From Eledone cirrhosa (Eukaryota): 64,000 bases of DNA. Under the pieces are notes generated by a model. The model had not been told where the DNA came from. It was given only the letters and a program-made list of their open reading frames with translations, and ran no database searches. How positions within the stretch are numbered: the first letter of the stretch is position 1; the number at the start of each line of letters is the position of its first letter. The stretch spans positions 56,296,001-56,360,000 of the forward strand of contig OZ024744.1 of NCBI GenBank assembly GCA_964016885.1, written 5' to 3'. Positions 13,341 to 27,408 of this stretch are shown piece by piece. Made by a program: the position numbers and the translations under genes.

Positions 13341-13680
13341 GAGTTCAATTCTCAGACCGGGTAATGTGTTGTTTCCTTGAGCAAGACACTTTATTTTACA
13401 TTGCTCCAGTTTACTCAGCTGTAGAAATGAGATGATAGGGACTGGGGTCCCTATCATCTCATTTCTACAGCTGAGTAAACTGGAGCAATGTAAAATAAAT
13501 AATTCCACTGCAAAGTGGTCGTGGAGGTGCCACAACAAAAAAGCACCCAGCACTCACTGTAAATGAGGTTGGTGTTAGGAAGGGCATCCAGCTGTAGAAA
13601 TCAAGCCAAAATCAGTTCCCGTCCAACCCTTGCAAGCAGGGAAAAGCGGACGTAAAATGAAATGATGATGATGATGATGA
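13338..13680 (+). mobile_element. CORE-type SINE family B (5'-truncated) with RTE-derived 3' tail and internal 53-bp perfect palindrome
   Basis: Box B GAGTTCAATTC; CORE-like CCTTGAGCAAGACACTT...CAGCTGTAGAAATG; tail matches the RTE family 1 3' UTR. Confidence 0.85.
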
Positions 13681-13895
13681 TATATATATATATATATATA
13701 GGAAAACGTATGAAGTCCTTGGTACAGTTAGGTATATTTTAAAAAAGGAAAAGAATGACTTCACTTGTAGTTCTAAACAATTTAATTTTATAACATTACA
13801 ATTTTATTAAGCAGATCTACTTAGCAAAATTGTAAAATTGTAACAATATAAAATTAAATAGTTTAGAACTACAAGTGAAATCATTCTTTTCTTTT

Positions 13896-13936
<41 letters not shown>

Positions 13937-14122
13937 AAGATACATACATACATAAACACAAAAACATACATATACATATATGTGGTGTGTGTGGGAAGTA
14001 ATGAAAAATGACAGTTACTTTGAATGTTTTCTTTCTAATGAATCCTTTAACTCCATCATCAAGACTAACAGGTTTCATTCAGAACAACAAAATTTGGTAA
14101 TTAATAATAATACTAATAATAA

Positions 14123-14660
14123 TGGTTTCTAATTTAGTCACAATGCCAGCAATTTTAGAAGGATGAGGGAAGTGATTATATCAGCCCCAGTATATGATTG
14201 GTATTTTATTATATCGACCCTGGAAGGATGAAATGCAAAGTTGACCATAGCGAGGGTTTGAACTCAGAACATAAAGAGTTGTAACTAAATGTTACAATGC
14301 CTGATGTTCTAACGACACTTCCAATCCACTGCCCTAATAATAATTGTTTCTACTTTAGGCACAAGGCCAGCAATTACCCAGTGCATTACTGGTACTTTAT
14401 TTTATCGACCCTGTAAGGATGAAAGGCAAATCTAACCTTCATAGAATTTGAACTTAGAACGTAAAAGGTTGTAACTCTATACTGCAAAGCATGGTGTCTG
14501 ACACACTACCGATTCTGCTAGTCAACTGCCCTAATAATAATAATAATAATGATTTCTAATTTTAGCAGAAAGCCAACAGTTGTTGGGGAAAGGAAAAATG
14601 GAATATGCTGACCCTTGTACTTTCATGGTACTTTAAACAATCCCAGAAGGATGCAACGCA
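14123..14660 (-). mobile_element. Tandem array of three SINE A copies joined by (AAT)n
   Basis: Copies at about 14123-14334, 14345-14533 and 14550-14660. Confidence 0.8.
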
Positions 14661-14725
14661 AATGATACACCATGCACAACAGAACAAACACTAAAATAAC
14701 AAAATAAATACAAGCTACAGTCTAT

Positions 14726-14819
<94 letters not shown>

Positions 14820-15159
14820 TCAGCAACAACAAAGATATAGTACACTAACATGTAGAATTGATACTACATTAGTCTACCAAGTTGAAAACACCCCAGGAAC
14901 ATGGAGATACACCAAGTAATGCAGTAGAAACACACATAAAATGGTGAAAGAAATAACAAAAGCAATAATAATAATAATAATAATAATTTTTTTTTTAAAT
15001 TATAATCAATGTGCTGTATTAACTGGCTTACCAATGCACACTGTGAATTTATTTGCCCTAGGTGTCAGGAAGACACTCGGCATATATCTCAGAAACAATA
15101 ATGAAAGAAAATAAAAATAACAATAATAATAATAATAATAAATAATAATAATAATAATA

Positions 15160-15190
<31 letters not shown>

Positions 15191-16177
15191 ATTTAGAAAT
15201 CTGACTTGATTTCTCCCAAAGGGGCAGCTCGTCCTACCCATGCTAGTGTGGAAAATGGACATTAAACGATGATGATGATGATGATGAGAACACCACTTTG
15301 GCAGCGGACCCATATTAGCATTGAGTGCTCAAACTGGGAAACTAATAGTAACTAAACATTATAAACAAACACACTATATATATATACATATAAATTTATA
15401 TATCATACCTTAAATTTTTATTTTTAGCTGATTTTCAAAGAGGAGTGTGAGGGGGAGGGGGAATCTAAATCATTATTAAATGATGAGTTAGGGGTGGGGA
15501 AATTTGATGGAAAAAAAAAGACAGTAGCAAACTGAAGAAATATGAAATGGATGAATGGATGAGGTAAATAAAGTTCCATATTCCTCTAAATGGTAGTAAA
15601 GTAACCAAATAATAATACTATTTTTAATAGATGATGGTGATGATGATGACTGCTTTTGTGGCAATAATGCAATTTGACACAATACAAACACAAAGATATT
15701 ATATAGAAAATTCCTCAAAATAATCTCAAATTTAATTTGAAAATATATAGATATCTTGATAAGAAAAATACCAAGGAGCTATAGAAAAAGGCAATATACT
15801 TTGTAACAAGAAACAAACACAAATTAATATCTAAAATTCTAAACATGATGTATATGATTATGCCTATATATTCATACCAAATATTATATGAAGATCATTA
15901 TCTGTTACAATATAAGTAAAAATAATCAATATTTAGATATAATAATAGCTTCTAATTTATACACAATGTCGGCACTTTTAGAGGACAGAGAGGGGAAAGT
16001 CAATTAAAATGACATCAGTACATAACTGGTACTTGACTTTATTGACCTAGGGAAGATAAAAGGCAAAAATTGACCTCAGCAGGATTTGAACACAGAACAT
16101 AAAGAGCCATAACTAAATACTCTGAAGAGTTTTGTCTGACTCTCAAATGAATCTGCACTTACAACAACAACAACAAT

Positions 16178-16220
<43 letters not shown>

Positions 16221-16223
<3 letters not shown>

Positions 16224-16445
16224 GGCGCACTAGGTACTATCTCAAAGAGTTTCCAGGGATGGTTAAAGAAAATTGGCCCCGCCCCGCTTTTTGGAACACT
16301 TCAAAAGGCATGCTTGCTGGGAACAGCAAAAACCCTCCGATACGTCCTGAATATCTGAGGCTGCAGGTAGTGGCTTGATATTCATTTCAACAAACTTTCC
16401 AGTTAACTAACATCAATGACTGAGACTCAAAGAACAATAATAATA
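16221..16445 (+). mobile_element. R4/Dong-clade (RLE) non-LTR retrotransposon 3' end inserted in (TAA)n
   Basis: 16221-16358 reads IGALGTISKSFQGWLKKIG...LQKACLLGTAKTLRYVLNI*, the typical Dong/R4 C-terminus; (AAT)n on both sides. Confidence 0.85.
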
Positions 16446-16456
16446 ATTAATAATAA

Positions 16457-16849
16457 TTGTTTCTATTTTTGGCACAAGACCAGCAATTACCCAGTACATT
16501 ACTGGTACTTTATTTTATCGACCCCGTAAGGATGAAAGGCAAAGTTAACCTCGGCGGGATTTTAACTCAGATCATAAAGGGACGTAACTCTATGCTTCAA
16601 AGCATGGTGTCCGACTCTCTACTGATACTGCCAATCCACCGCCCTTAATAATTAATAATAATAATAATAATTGTTTCTACTTTAGGCACAAGGCCAGCAA
16701 TTATCCCAGTGCATTACTTTGCTTGATCAACCCCGTAAGGATGAAAGGCAAAGTTAACCTTGGCGGGATTTGAACTCAGATGATAAAGGAACATAACTCT
16801 ATGCTGCAAAGCATGGCGTTCGACCCTCTACCGATACTGCCAATTCACC
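16457..16849 (-). mobile_element. Two tandem young SINE A copies
   Basis: 16457-16644 and 16671-16849, separated by (AAT)n. Confidence 0.9.
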
Positions 16850-17289
16850 AAGGACAATAAAAATGGTGATCAGCAGTAGTAATAAGAGGAATTATTTTTA
16901 CAAAAAATATTGGCTATACATGCGCATGTGTGTGTGTATGTATTTGCATATGGAAGGAAAGAAGATGGAGGTATATTAATAGAACAACCGGTCTAACCCA
17001 TGCTAGCTTGGAAGATGGACATTAAACGATGATGATGAAGATATATATACAGATATGTACAACAAAAAAAGTGTTGAAAACTACTGATTCCAAATCAAAT
17101 AATATCATAGAAGTGAATCAGCAATGACATGAATGGTTGGTGCAAATATCAATACTGTTTGGTATTGAACCATTTCAATACAATACACACTATCCATAAG
17201 TTATAAACATTTTTTTTTTTTTGCTGTGATATTCCTGAAAAATGTCAACGTTGGTAATTATGATAACGTAATGGGGAAAAAATGGTTTT

Positions 17290-17785
17290 AACAAGCAAAT
17301 AAAAACATCAATACTTGGTTATCATGACATTAAAACACTAGTAACATCATTAAAATGATGGCAGCCATGCCATTAAAACACTAGCAGTAATGGCATTAAA
17401 ACGATGGTAGATACATCATTAGAATGCCAGCAACCACAGCATTAAAACATTGGTAACCACAGCGTTAAAACACTTGCCACCATAACATCAAAACGCTGGC
17501 TTCTACAGCCCTGAAACATTGGTAACTGTGACATTAAAATATTATTAAGCCATGGTATAAAACAATGGTGAGCACAACATCAATACACTAGTTGTCACAC
17601 AACAAACCTTCAGCATGCTGTCGGCGACAAATTGCGACCAGAGAGTAATCTCCCCATAATACACAAGGGAACCAATTCATTAAAAAATTTAGCGTGTAGA
17701 AGGTTAAAACATTGGCAAATGTGACATCAAAATACTGGTTAGCCATGGTGTTAAAACACTGTTAACCATGGAATTTAAAAAGTTG
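17290..17785. repeat. Degenerate minisatellite, about 21-22-bp unit (CATTAAAACACTGGTAACCA-like)
   Basis: Recurrent ATTAAAACA(C/T)T(G/A)G motifs, interrupted at about 17600-17700. Confidence 0.75.
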
Positions 17786-17971
17786 AATGAGTGTTAACCA
17801 ACAAACAAACAAAAATCTCACTATTAGCAATAAGTAATTAGTGACAGCAAAAAAAAGATTAAAAAGATAAAAAGAAAAAAAACAAGTAGTCACTCAGCCA
17901 GCCAATGAAACAAGAGAGCAGTTGGTAATGTTGACAAAGTAAAAGTGAATTAACCAATCAACACATTTTAA

Positions 17972-18143
17972 CCCTTTAACATTTAACCCAGCTGTATCCA
18001 GCCAGAATTCTGTCACCTCTTTCTGTTCAAAATAAATATTATCAAAATCTCATAGATTCGATATTATGTGAGATAATTAAGTGAAATAAAGCCTTTACCA
18101 TGAAATATAATAATATATATAGAGTAATGGAAATGGTAAAGGG
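17972..18143. mobile_element. piggyBac-type MITE
   Basis: TTAA|CCCTTTA...TAAAGGG|TTAA; homologous to 33598-33807; partial copy at about 19125-19235. Confidence 0.8.
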
Positions 18144-19525
18144 TTAAACATTGATAATAATGTAAATCTGGAAAAAAAAGAAGAGTAAAAAAAAAAAATC
18201 AACTTGGAGAAAATCCATAACCTGATCCTGTTAACGATGAGTAACCACGACTGAGGACTAGTAAAACTATAGCCCAATACTGGTAACAATAACTACAACC
18301 TGGTATTAGTAATAGTAAGTAACCACAACCTGATACTGGTAACAGTAAGTAACCACAACCTTTTACCAGATAAGTATCAGTTAATAATGATTTCCTATTT
18401 AAGCACAAGTCCAACCTATCTAGGGGAAAAAGGCAAAGTTGATTAAATCAACCCCAGTAAATACTTTATTTTATTGACACCTGGATGGATGAAAGGCAAA
18501 GTTGACTCTGGCAGGATTCAAACTCAGAATGTAAAGAGACAAAACAAATACCGCAATGGTATTTTATTCAAAGCTCTACCAATTCTGTCATCCACCCACC
18601 ATCCTGGCATCTGTTGATATTAAAGACTATTTTCATCAGTGGTTAAAAACACCTTACTTTCATTTTGAAATTCAAGCATTAAAAATTAAAAAATAAAATA
18701 AAACAAATGTCTAGAGAGAGTGGAGGAAGAGAGGGGTGAGAGTAAGAGAGGGGGAGAATAAGGGAGAGGGGAGAGTAAGAGAGTGAGAGAGAGTGGAGGA
18801 AGAGAGAGGAGAGAGGGGAGAGTGAGAGAGAGAAAGAGAGAGATACAAAGTTTTAAATGTTTTCCAAGAGAAAGAATGGAAAGGGTTAAGTGCCAAATAT
18901 TATCCTCAACATTCTAAATTATATTATATTCTTAATAACTTGCAAATTGTAAAATATTATATTTAATTAATTTATTTTTTACTTTGTGTATGGCGGAATC
19001 AGTGTTTACAAGTTTGTTGTTCTCTTCTATTTTGACCTTTTTAATACCAACCTATCTAAAACTAAGCCCATAATAAAGTGTTCATATTTGGATTAAAATA
19101 TCATTCAAAATAGCATTTAAATATCTTTAGCATTTAAACCGGCCATGTCCAGCCAAAATTCTCTCACCCCTTTCAGTTCAAATTGACTGTAACCGTTAAT
19201 AAGCGTAAACAGAAATAGGGTCATGAGAGGGTTAATAAGCATAGACAGAAATAGGGTCATGAAAGAGTTAATAAGCAGAGCATAATGTAACGATTGCTAA
19301 AACTTGCCACATGTACAAAGATGTACAGAACTGTAAATTGTATTTATATCAATGTGTTAGGTATAGAAACACGGCGTAAATTGTTGGTCATGTTGTAGAA
19401 AGGGCATGGTAAAAGTGATGTGTGTGTTTGTGTATGAGAGAGTGTGTGGCAGCAGTGTTTTTTTTTAAACCTATGCTCCATTTGTTAAATTTATTCAATT
19501 CATATGTAATTAAGTACTATGTATA

Positions 19526-19685
19526 TTAGAAAATAGAATAGCTTTCACCGTATTTTTGACTAAAGGAGGGTTCTAAACCCAATTATCAGGCTAAAATTCC
19601 TTTAGTCAAAAATACGGTGAAAGCTATTCTATTTTCTAATTTCAAACCTGTTCACTGTTTCAAAACATATTTACTATGTATCACG
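19526..19685. mobile_element. Short fold-back insert with hammerhead 3' half (GAAAGCUA)
   Basis: About 43-bp perfect inverted arms at 19526-19568 and 19598-19640, followed by a tail and then (TA)n. Confidence 0.6.
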
Positions 19686-20268
19686 TATATATATATATAC
19701 AATTACTTAATTAATTAGCTCTGTACAATACACAGAGCATTCTTCTTTCCTTTACCTTTTCTATGGAAATACTTTATATATATATAAATATATAAGCCTA
19801 AATCAGTTTCGTGTATGTGAATCAAGGTCCTCTGACCTGATCTCTCACAAAGGGACTGCCCATCCTACCCAAGCCAGCATGGAACATGAACATTAAACAA
19901 TGATGATAATGATATATATATATATAAATAAAATAATTAAAATACCATATTGATCTTTAATATTTTGTGGTTGTTTCTAATTAAACTAGAATTTCCTTGG
20001 GGTCAGCTAGCAGTGTCGAAAATGTTAAAGATAGCAGAAACAGATCAGGCATTGCCAAATACTAAGGCCTGCAGCAGATGAAGACAACAGCGCTAAAAAT
20101 CTTAACAGCGCTAAAAATCTTAACATAGATGCAAATATTATGATTGATCAAGACAGTTGTTTACTCTTCTCACTAGATGGTAAATTGTCCAAAAGAATAT
20201 TCTGCAGTATACATTCTGCACTCTGAGTTCAAAAAAGACCAAGACCAAATTTGTTTTTGACCTTTTGG

Positions 20269-21595
20269 GATTTTAACTTAGCACCATTTATCTAAACACA
20301 AATACACGGGCATTTGTATTGAGACATCAGGGCAACAAGAAGCTGACCTTCAATTCCATAGTCCTATAGAACCTTCTAAAGCTCGTCCTGTGGAATGTGG
20401 TCATATGCCTTTTCGAGGTCCACAAAGCAAAAATAAACCTCTTGGCAGTACTCCCTAGTTTCTCAAAATCTTCCAGCAGTATATTTGGTCAGCTGTTCTG
20501 CACCCAAGATAAAAACCACATTGTTCATCAGCTAACATGAACTCAACAATATCCCTACATCACTTTGCGAAACACTTAGCATAGACTTTACCGGGCAGGC
20601 TTAACAAGGAGATCCCTCTATAGTTAAGCAATCTCTCTTGTCTCCCTTTTTGAAAATTCGGATTATCACTCCCAATTGCCATTGCTTAGGTACCTTTCCA
20701 GAGATACAGGCCACTAAGTTGAAACTATTCAATGTGAGTGTCAAACTCTGTCAAGGGTGCATACTGATACCTCTCCTGTTCACAATCTTCATAGATAAGA
20801 TTGACATGTGCAGTGGCGCTGGATGTCACATTGAGACTTGTAGGTGTAGTATCAGTTAGTTGGAATTTGCAGACAACAAGGTATTATTTAACTCACCAGA
20901 AGGTGATCTCCAAGATGCGCTAGATAGGTTTGCTGCCAAGTGCTGAATGGCTGGAATGAAAATCAGTGTTGCAAAGACTGAGACACTTGTCCTCTCAAGA
21001 AACTCTGCACAGTGCACTCTACACATGAATGGAGTTCCACTGAAGCAGGTGAAAAAGTTCAAGTGTCTCAGACCCATGTTCACAAGTGATAGAAAGCAGG
21101 AGGCTGAATAAAGTGCAAGTATTGCAGGAACTAGTGTAGTAATGCACCAGCTCCAGCATTCAGTAATCAGAATGGAGGTAGGTCTAAAAGCCAAACTTGT
21201 TATCTTCAATTTGGTATTCGTGCCAACCTTTATCTATAGACATAAATCTTGGGTAATGACTGAAAGAATATGATGATGAATAAAAGTGGATGAAATGGAG
21301 TTCCCCTGAATGGTCTTTGGAGTAACATTACTCAATAGAGTGTGTAGCTCAGAGAGTCCGTTCAGGTATAGCCACTCCTTCTCAAAATTGAGAGATCACA
21401 GCTCCGATACTATGAGCATGTGGTTAGAATGTTTCAGGAAAGAATTGATAGACAGATTTTATGGGCAAAACCAACAGGTAAGAGACCAAGGGGTATACCC
21501 CGATCAAGATGGTTGAATAACATCCATGAGCTTGGCTGGTCACACTTGGGTATCCAACTGAATTAATTAGAGACAGTTGCTTTCAACAGGACCCG
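20269..21595 (+). mobile_element. RTE-clade LINE family 2 relic with inverted 5' part (twin-priming structure)
   Basis: 20269-20712 minus strand encodes RT motifs (IFKKGD, NYRGISLL, FVDLEKAYD); 20713 onward plus strand continues with QGCILIPLLF and the C-terminus. Confidence 0.85.
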
Positions 21596-22470
21596 CTGTT
21601 GAAAAGAAAGCCTCCTGTAATTTACAATGTCTTGTATTCTGCCAGAAGAAATTGTCCCCTTCTTTTTGTTTTCTTTCATTTATTTTTGAGTGTCAACATC
21701 AATCAGGGTCAATAAAATATAAAATAAAGTACCAATCCAAGGGTGTTATATCTGAGGAATTGTTAGAACGCCAAATAAGATATTTTGGTGTATCTGATCT
21801 GGTTCTCTGCATTGTGACTGTTAAAATTCCACACCCTTCCTCTCCAACTCACATTTGACCAGCAGAAGCTTCCTGTCCAACTCACATTTGACCAGCAGAA
21901 GCTTCATCCAATAGTGTATCAAAAATAGGTGGGTAGAAAAATAACTAAGATTACTTTCAGTGGTTGTATACCACCACTAAGAAATTGAGGCTTGTGCTGT
22001 AAGAATAGCTAAGGTGGGAGAAAGTGCAGTCTGCACTTTCGATGAGTAGCAATTTAAAATGTAGAAGATTGAAAAGAAAAAGGTGGTAGGAACAAATTCA
22101 GGGACCATCCCAGGTGCACAAATTCTAGCTACATCACTGGTCTTGTGCGCCATGTTAAAAGAAACCATTAGTAACCAGAACAGGGATCTTGAGGGTTAAA
22201 AGTACATTTTTTTTAGCAACTGAACCCCACTAATTTATATCAGTTCCCTGTTATTTTTTAAATTTCATTTTATTTATTTATTTTATTTTTTTTGCAATCA
22301 ATGATGTCAACTAGAAGGACCTGTGGAAATCCTGTGTTTTATATATATTTCTATCTTGAAGCATTTACAGATCTTGATAATATTATTTCATTACGTTAAA
22401 TATATATTGTTATTGAAATTTAGCCTCAGGTCAGTCATTGGGTAGACCTACGATCAAAAGCATTCCAGCC

Positions 22471-22730
22471 TTAATCCTTTTGATACAAAACTGTCTGACA
22501 TTGCCCCTGGTTGAACAATACAAAACTGTTTCTTTTAAAGTATTTATATTTATCTACAAAAAAACCTTCCATCTAATTTTAAGTAAGAACTTTTGTTATG
22601 CTCCAAATACCAGCTGAATAATGAGAATGATAGTTATTTTACTAAACTCTTCCAAATTCTTAATTATTGTCAAAATGATTGAAAAATCATTGGCAGTGTT
22701 TCATAAGAAATAATGGGACAAAGGAGTTAA
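22471..22730. mobile_element. TTAA-flanked MITE (second family) inserted in an old dispersed repeat
   Basis: TTAA|TCCTTTTG...CAAAGGAG|TTAA; homologous to about 3715-3940 and 59790-59940; the host repeat also occurs at 23125-23355 and 34320-34600. Confidence 0.6.
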
Positions 22731-23459
22731 CTATCCTATCTATTTTTTCTAAGCATCATGTATCTATAACAACATTCCTAAATCTATCCTTTCTTTCTTT
22801 AAGGTGGTAGGAAGGGATTCAAGGGAGATTTAGCTGTCCCCTTTGGCCAATTGATCAACCACATTGAGGCGCTCCCTTTTGACTTGCTGGACTATTTATT
22901 CTACCAAGGTTCAAAATAAATAAATAGATAATTTATCCCAATTTGCATTATTTAATCTTTTTTTTTATATTTTAATATTTTTTAAATTTCAAAATTAATT
23001 TTTTTTTTCTTTTTTACATATTTAATTGCTAAAAATTAATCCTTTTGTGTGATTATGATAATTAAAGTCTGTGCAAAAAGACATGATTAAATATATCTGC
23101 TAGCAAAAGTGGTGGTTATTGTTGTTGTTGCTTAGCTCCAACTCAACCTTGATTGAGTGGACCTATGATATGATCAGAGGCAGTCCAGTCATGACCATTC
23201 CAACTTTTTAATAAAGGACATCTAAAAATTGACTGCATTATCCAATCTGTTCTTTTTTTTCTTTAGTTTTAAGACAGTAGAATGCAATTTGAGGAAGGTT
23301 TGGCAGCTATATTTAACAAGCAGAGTAAACCACATAGACACTACCTTATTGGCTTATGGTGGTGGTGGTATTTAATCTTTCCTACATTCAAAAGACCCAG
23401 CTAAAAGACAATACCATAAAGCTGATTAATAAAACATCCAATGGAAAGTGGGTCTCAGT

Positions 23460-24040
23460 TTTACTGAACTCAGTAGGATTTCAACTAAAAATGTAATGGG
23501 TTAGGACAAATAGTGCAAAGCATTATGTCCAATGCTCTAATGATTCTGCCACTCCAACACAATAATAACAATAATAAAAACAATAATAATAATAATAGTT
23601 TCTGATTTAGGCACAAGGTCAATAATTTGGGGGGATGGGAAAAGTTGATTAAATCAACTCCAATGCACTACTGGTACATTACTTTATCGACCCCGTAAAA
23701 ATGAAAGGCAAAGCTAACCTCAGCGGGATTTGAACTCAGGATTTAAAGGGCCATAACTATATGCCACAATGTATTTTGCCCGCCGCGCTACCAATACTGT
23801 TAATCAACTGCTCTCAAAATAATAATAATAATAATTTTTACTTCAGGCACAAGGCCAACAACTTTGGGGGAAAGGAAAAGACAATCTATTTGACCCCAGT
23901 TTTAGACTGGTAATATATTTTATCAACTCTGAATGGATGAAAGGCAAAGTTGACCTCAGCTGGATGAAATATTGTTTCTAACACTGGCATAAGGCCAGTG
24001 ATTTTGATGGGGAGGAGGGGAAAGTCAATTAAATCTGCCC
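23460..24040 (-). mobile_element. Tandem cluster of about four SINE A copies or fragments
   Basis: Repeated GGCACAAGG...GGATGAAAGGCAAAG motifs separated by (AAT)n. Confidence 0.8.
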
Positions 24041-24782
24041 TAACCTGGCCAACAGCCTACAATGTTGCCTGATTTATCCCTGTGTCACCCTCCACCTTCT
24101 GATAACACACCCTAGCAGCTATCCTCACCATCACTATACACCCCCACCCCAGCCATGCCCCCTCCAGCACTTAGCTGTTTCCCCCTCAAAAACCCTAAGA
24201 TAACTTCACTATCACACCCTAGTAGCTACTCTCTTCCCACCCTTGCCCCTTCCACTAGCAGCTATCCTCACCATCACTACATCCCACTCCATTCATGCCC
24301 CCACCACCAACACATCGCCTTCAATCTTATCGCCCTCCTATAGTCCCACCCCTCCCACAGAGTAGAGAAGGCTCTTCATTTGGGACAAGGACCAACTCTG
24401 TACGCTGTGTATGTAAAGTGGTTGGCGATAGGAAGGGAACTCCACTATATAATATATGTTTATATTTTAAAAAAGAGGTTTGGGAAGACTTGTCAGTCAT
24501 CTCATGGCATGACAGCCTCTTGAGAGTTGGTGATTGACATGATAAATGTACTGAGTACATGCTGTAAAGTGGTTGATGATAGTTGATGATAGGAAGGGCA
24601 TTCAGCTATGGAAAGCTTGCCATACAAAGGGTTGTGAGCCCAGGTCAGTAGTCCAGCTTCAGTACTGACTTGGTCTATGTAGACCCATTCAGACCTTGCT
24701 AGCAGGGAAAGTGTATGTTAAACGATGATGATGTACATTGATGTTTGTGATCATGATGTGTGTGTGTATATTTGTATATGTA

Positions 24783-24836
<54 letters not shown>

Positions 24837-25820
24837 TTCTGTAGAGTGTGGATATGTATGTGAGATGTGGCACACTGGCTCATATGAGAGGTCTACAGCA
24901 CTGATTAAGTAGTGACTTGGCTGATACAAACGATGATGATGATAGTGATATATATAGATTGGATTTCTTTAGTTGGAAAAGAAAGAAGACCGAGTTTAAA
25001 TGAGTACTTAAAACAGACTAATTGTGGTTAACCTGAGAATATATTTTATTGGGATTTTTAGCTCAACAATAAATTCCTTATTTCACTTTTATTTAGAGAT
25101 CATTAGCTCTATATTACATTGAAACAAGGAATACATTGTTGAGTTGAAAAACCAATGAAATATAAATGTGCACACACATACATATATGTATGTGTGTGTG
25201 TGTACATATATACACACACACGCACCAGATCTTTGTTTTCATTTTCAATATGCAACAAACATGAGCTCAAGCTAAGGTGTACAGTAATATATATATAATA
25301 TAAAAAACGAAAATGTTTAATGAAATATAAAATAAATATTTTGAAAATTGTGTTGAAATTGTATTCAATCTCCAAGTAAATTACTTAAAATCAAATTTGA
25401 AAAAAAAAAAAAGAAATAGAAATCAACCCACAAATAATACATTAAAAAAGAAAAGCCACAAGTTTTTAAGCAAAACGAAAAAAAAAAAAAGCAACAATTG
25501 TTTTAATAAGATAACACATATAATAGATTTTTGAAATTATATTTCTTTGTTATATAACAGAAGTAAAAAAAAAAACTGATAAAATAGTGCACTTTTATTA
25601 TTTTTTTAAATATATATATATAATATACATAATAGTAATATAACTTTATAATATATTTACACAATACATTTGAATTAAAATAAAACCAAAGACGTTTTGT
25701 TGATGTAAAATATAAAATAACTGAAATAAATGGACATCGTTTGTTTTTTTTAGTTGTTTTTTTATTTATTTTTTAAATGGGTGAAAAGGTTTGAAAAAGA
25801 TTTGAAATGGAATTTATCAA

Positions 25821-25859
<39 letters not shown>

Positions 25860-26127
25860 GATGATGATAAAGGGATGAGAAAATGAGACAAGTGGAGAGA
25901 TGCTATACTAGAGAGGACTTGCCTAACCAATGCAGACATGGAAACATGGAAAAATTGACCCAATGATAATGATGATGATGATGATGATGATGATAAGATG
26001 TATGTGGGTAAAATGAATAAAGAATGAGAAATATATAATGTAATTTATATATATATATATATAAACACATATATACACATACATACACACACACACACAC
26101 AAATATTCATGCATATACATTTATTTT

Positions 26128-26290
26128 GGCTAAATAGTGAGTCTTCTTACTCTGAAGTTTCACTTGGCAACTCTGTCAGTAAAGAGGGGAAACTCCAGAG
26201 TAACAAGGCTCACTATTTAGCCATAACAAAAGAATATTTAAACTCTACTTTGGTATTCAGTACTCTTTTCTCTCAACCGTCAACTACATA
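26128..26290. mobile_element. Fold-back insert with hammerhead 3' half (GAAACUCCAGAGUA) and tail
   Basis: 26128-26161 is inverted relative to 26189-26222; arm plus tail is homologous to 44648-44745. Confidence 0.6.
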
Positions 26291-26342
26291 TAGATATATA
26301 TATACATGCATATACACACACACACATATATATATATATATG

Positions 26343-26382
<40 letters not shown>

Positions 26383-26451
26383 TATGTATACATTTATATA
26401 TATGTATACATATGTATATATGTATACATATATATATATACACACACACAT

Positions 26452-26498
<47 letters not shown>

Positions 26499-26499
26499 C

Positions 26500-26686
26500 T
26501 AATGAGATGGGGCCCAATGGCTGAGTCCTCACCGTTTCAACAAACGGGTGTTTTGAAACGGTGAGAGCTCAGCCGTTGGGCCTAGACTCATTATAATATA
26601 CCTATACTCTACTATCCCAAGTATCAAGTACTCTGTTGAGTAAGTCCTAACTAGTTTAATCTGCTTCTATCCCGTTAATCCCCTGT
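26500..26686. mobile_element. Fold-back insert with hammerhead 3' half (GAAACGG...CCGUU) and tail, between (TA)n runs
   Basis: 26500-26541 is inverted relative to 26554-26593; tail ACTCTACTATCCCAAGTATCAAGTACTCT resembles 29791-29819. Confidence 0.65.
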
Positions 26687-27239
26687 ATATATATATATTA
26701 TATAAGCAAAGAGATATTTAATTTGTTGGTTATTCAACAAATTTATTTATAACAGATTCGAAGCACTCTACAGATTTTCTGAAGTATAATATCAATTATA
26801 TTAATAATATTGATATTAATGATATTAATATCATTAATATATATATATATATATATATACTTGTACACACACACATATATACTCTTCTTTTTCGCTTCAG
26901 ATTAGGATTTGAGTGAGATCAAATGAGGCAGATAGGTTTTTTTTATCCTTCATTTTTTTTTAAAGAGTAACAAAGAATCAGAGGGGGGGGGGGGGTAGAG
27001 AGAGAAGTAAATAACTACAAAAACTTGTGTCACCGGATGTTATAAAAAGGAAAGGGTGAGAAAGAAAAACAAAACTTATTACGTTTCTTATGATGTGTTT
27101 CGTAAGATATTAAGTAAAACCATCAACCTTAAAAAAAAACATTTCTTTGAGGTAAATATAAGGGGAAAAGTAAAATACTTGTCAGTGTCTATGTATATAC
27201 ATATATATATAGATACACACACACACACACACATATATC

Positions 27240-27275
<36 letters not shown>

Positions 27276-27301
27276 CACGCACACACACACACAGACACAC
27301 A

Positions 27302-27408
27302 CAGGTTGGCGCAATCACCCTAATCACAAGAAAAGTCATTTATCAGAAGCATGAAAGGATATTATGAAAAGTGTTATTTTACTAATACGTGACTCTTGCG
27401 CCAACCTG
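27302..27408. mobile_element. Tc1/mariner-type MITE, 107 bp
   Basis: 13-bp TIR CAGGTTGGCGCAA / TTGCGCCAACCTG; TA on the right flank, CA on the left flank inside a (CA)n run. Confidence 0.7.
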
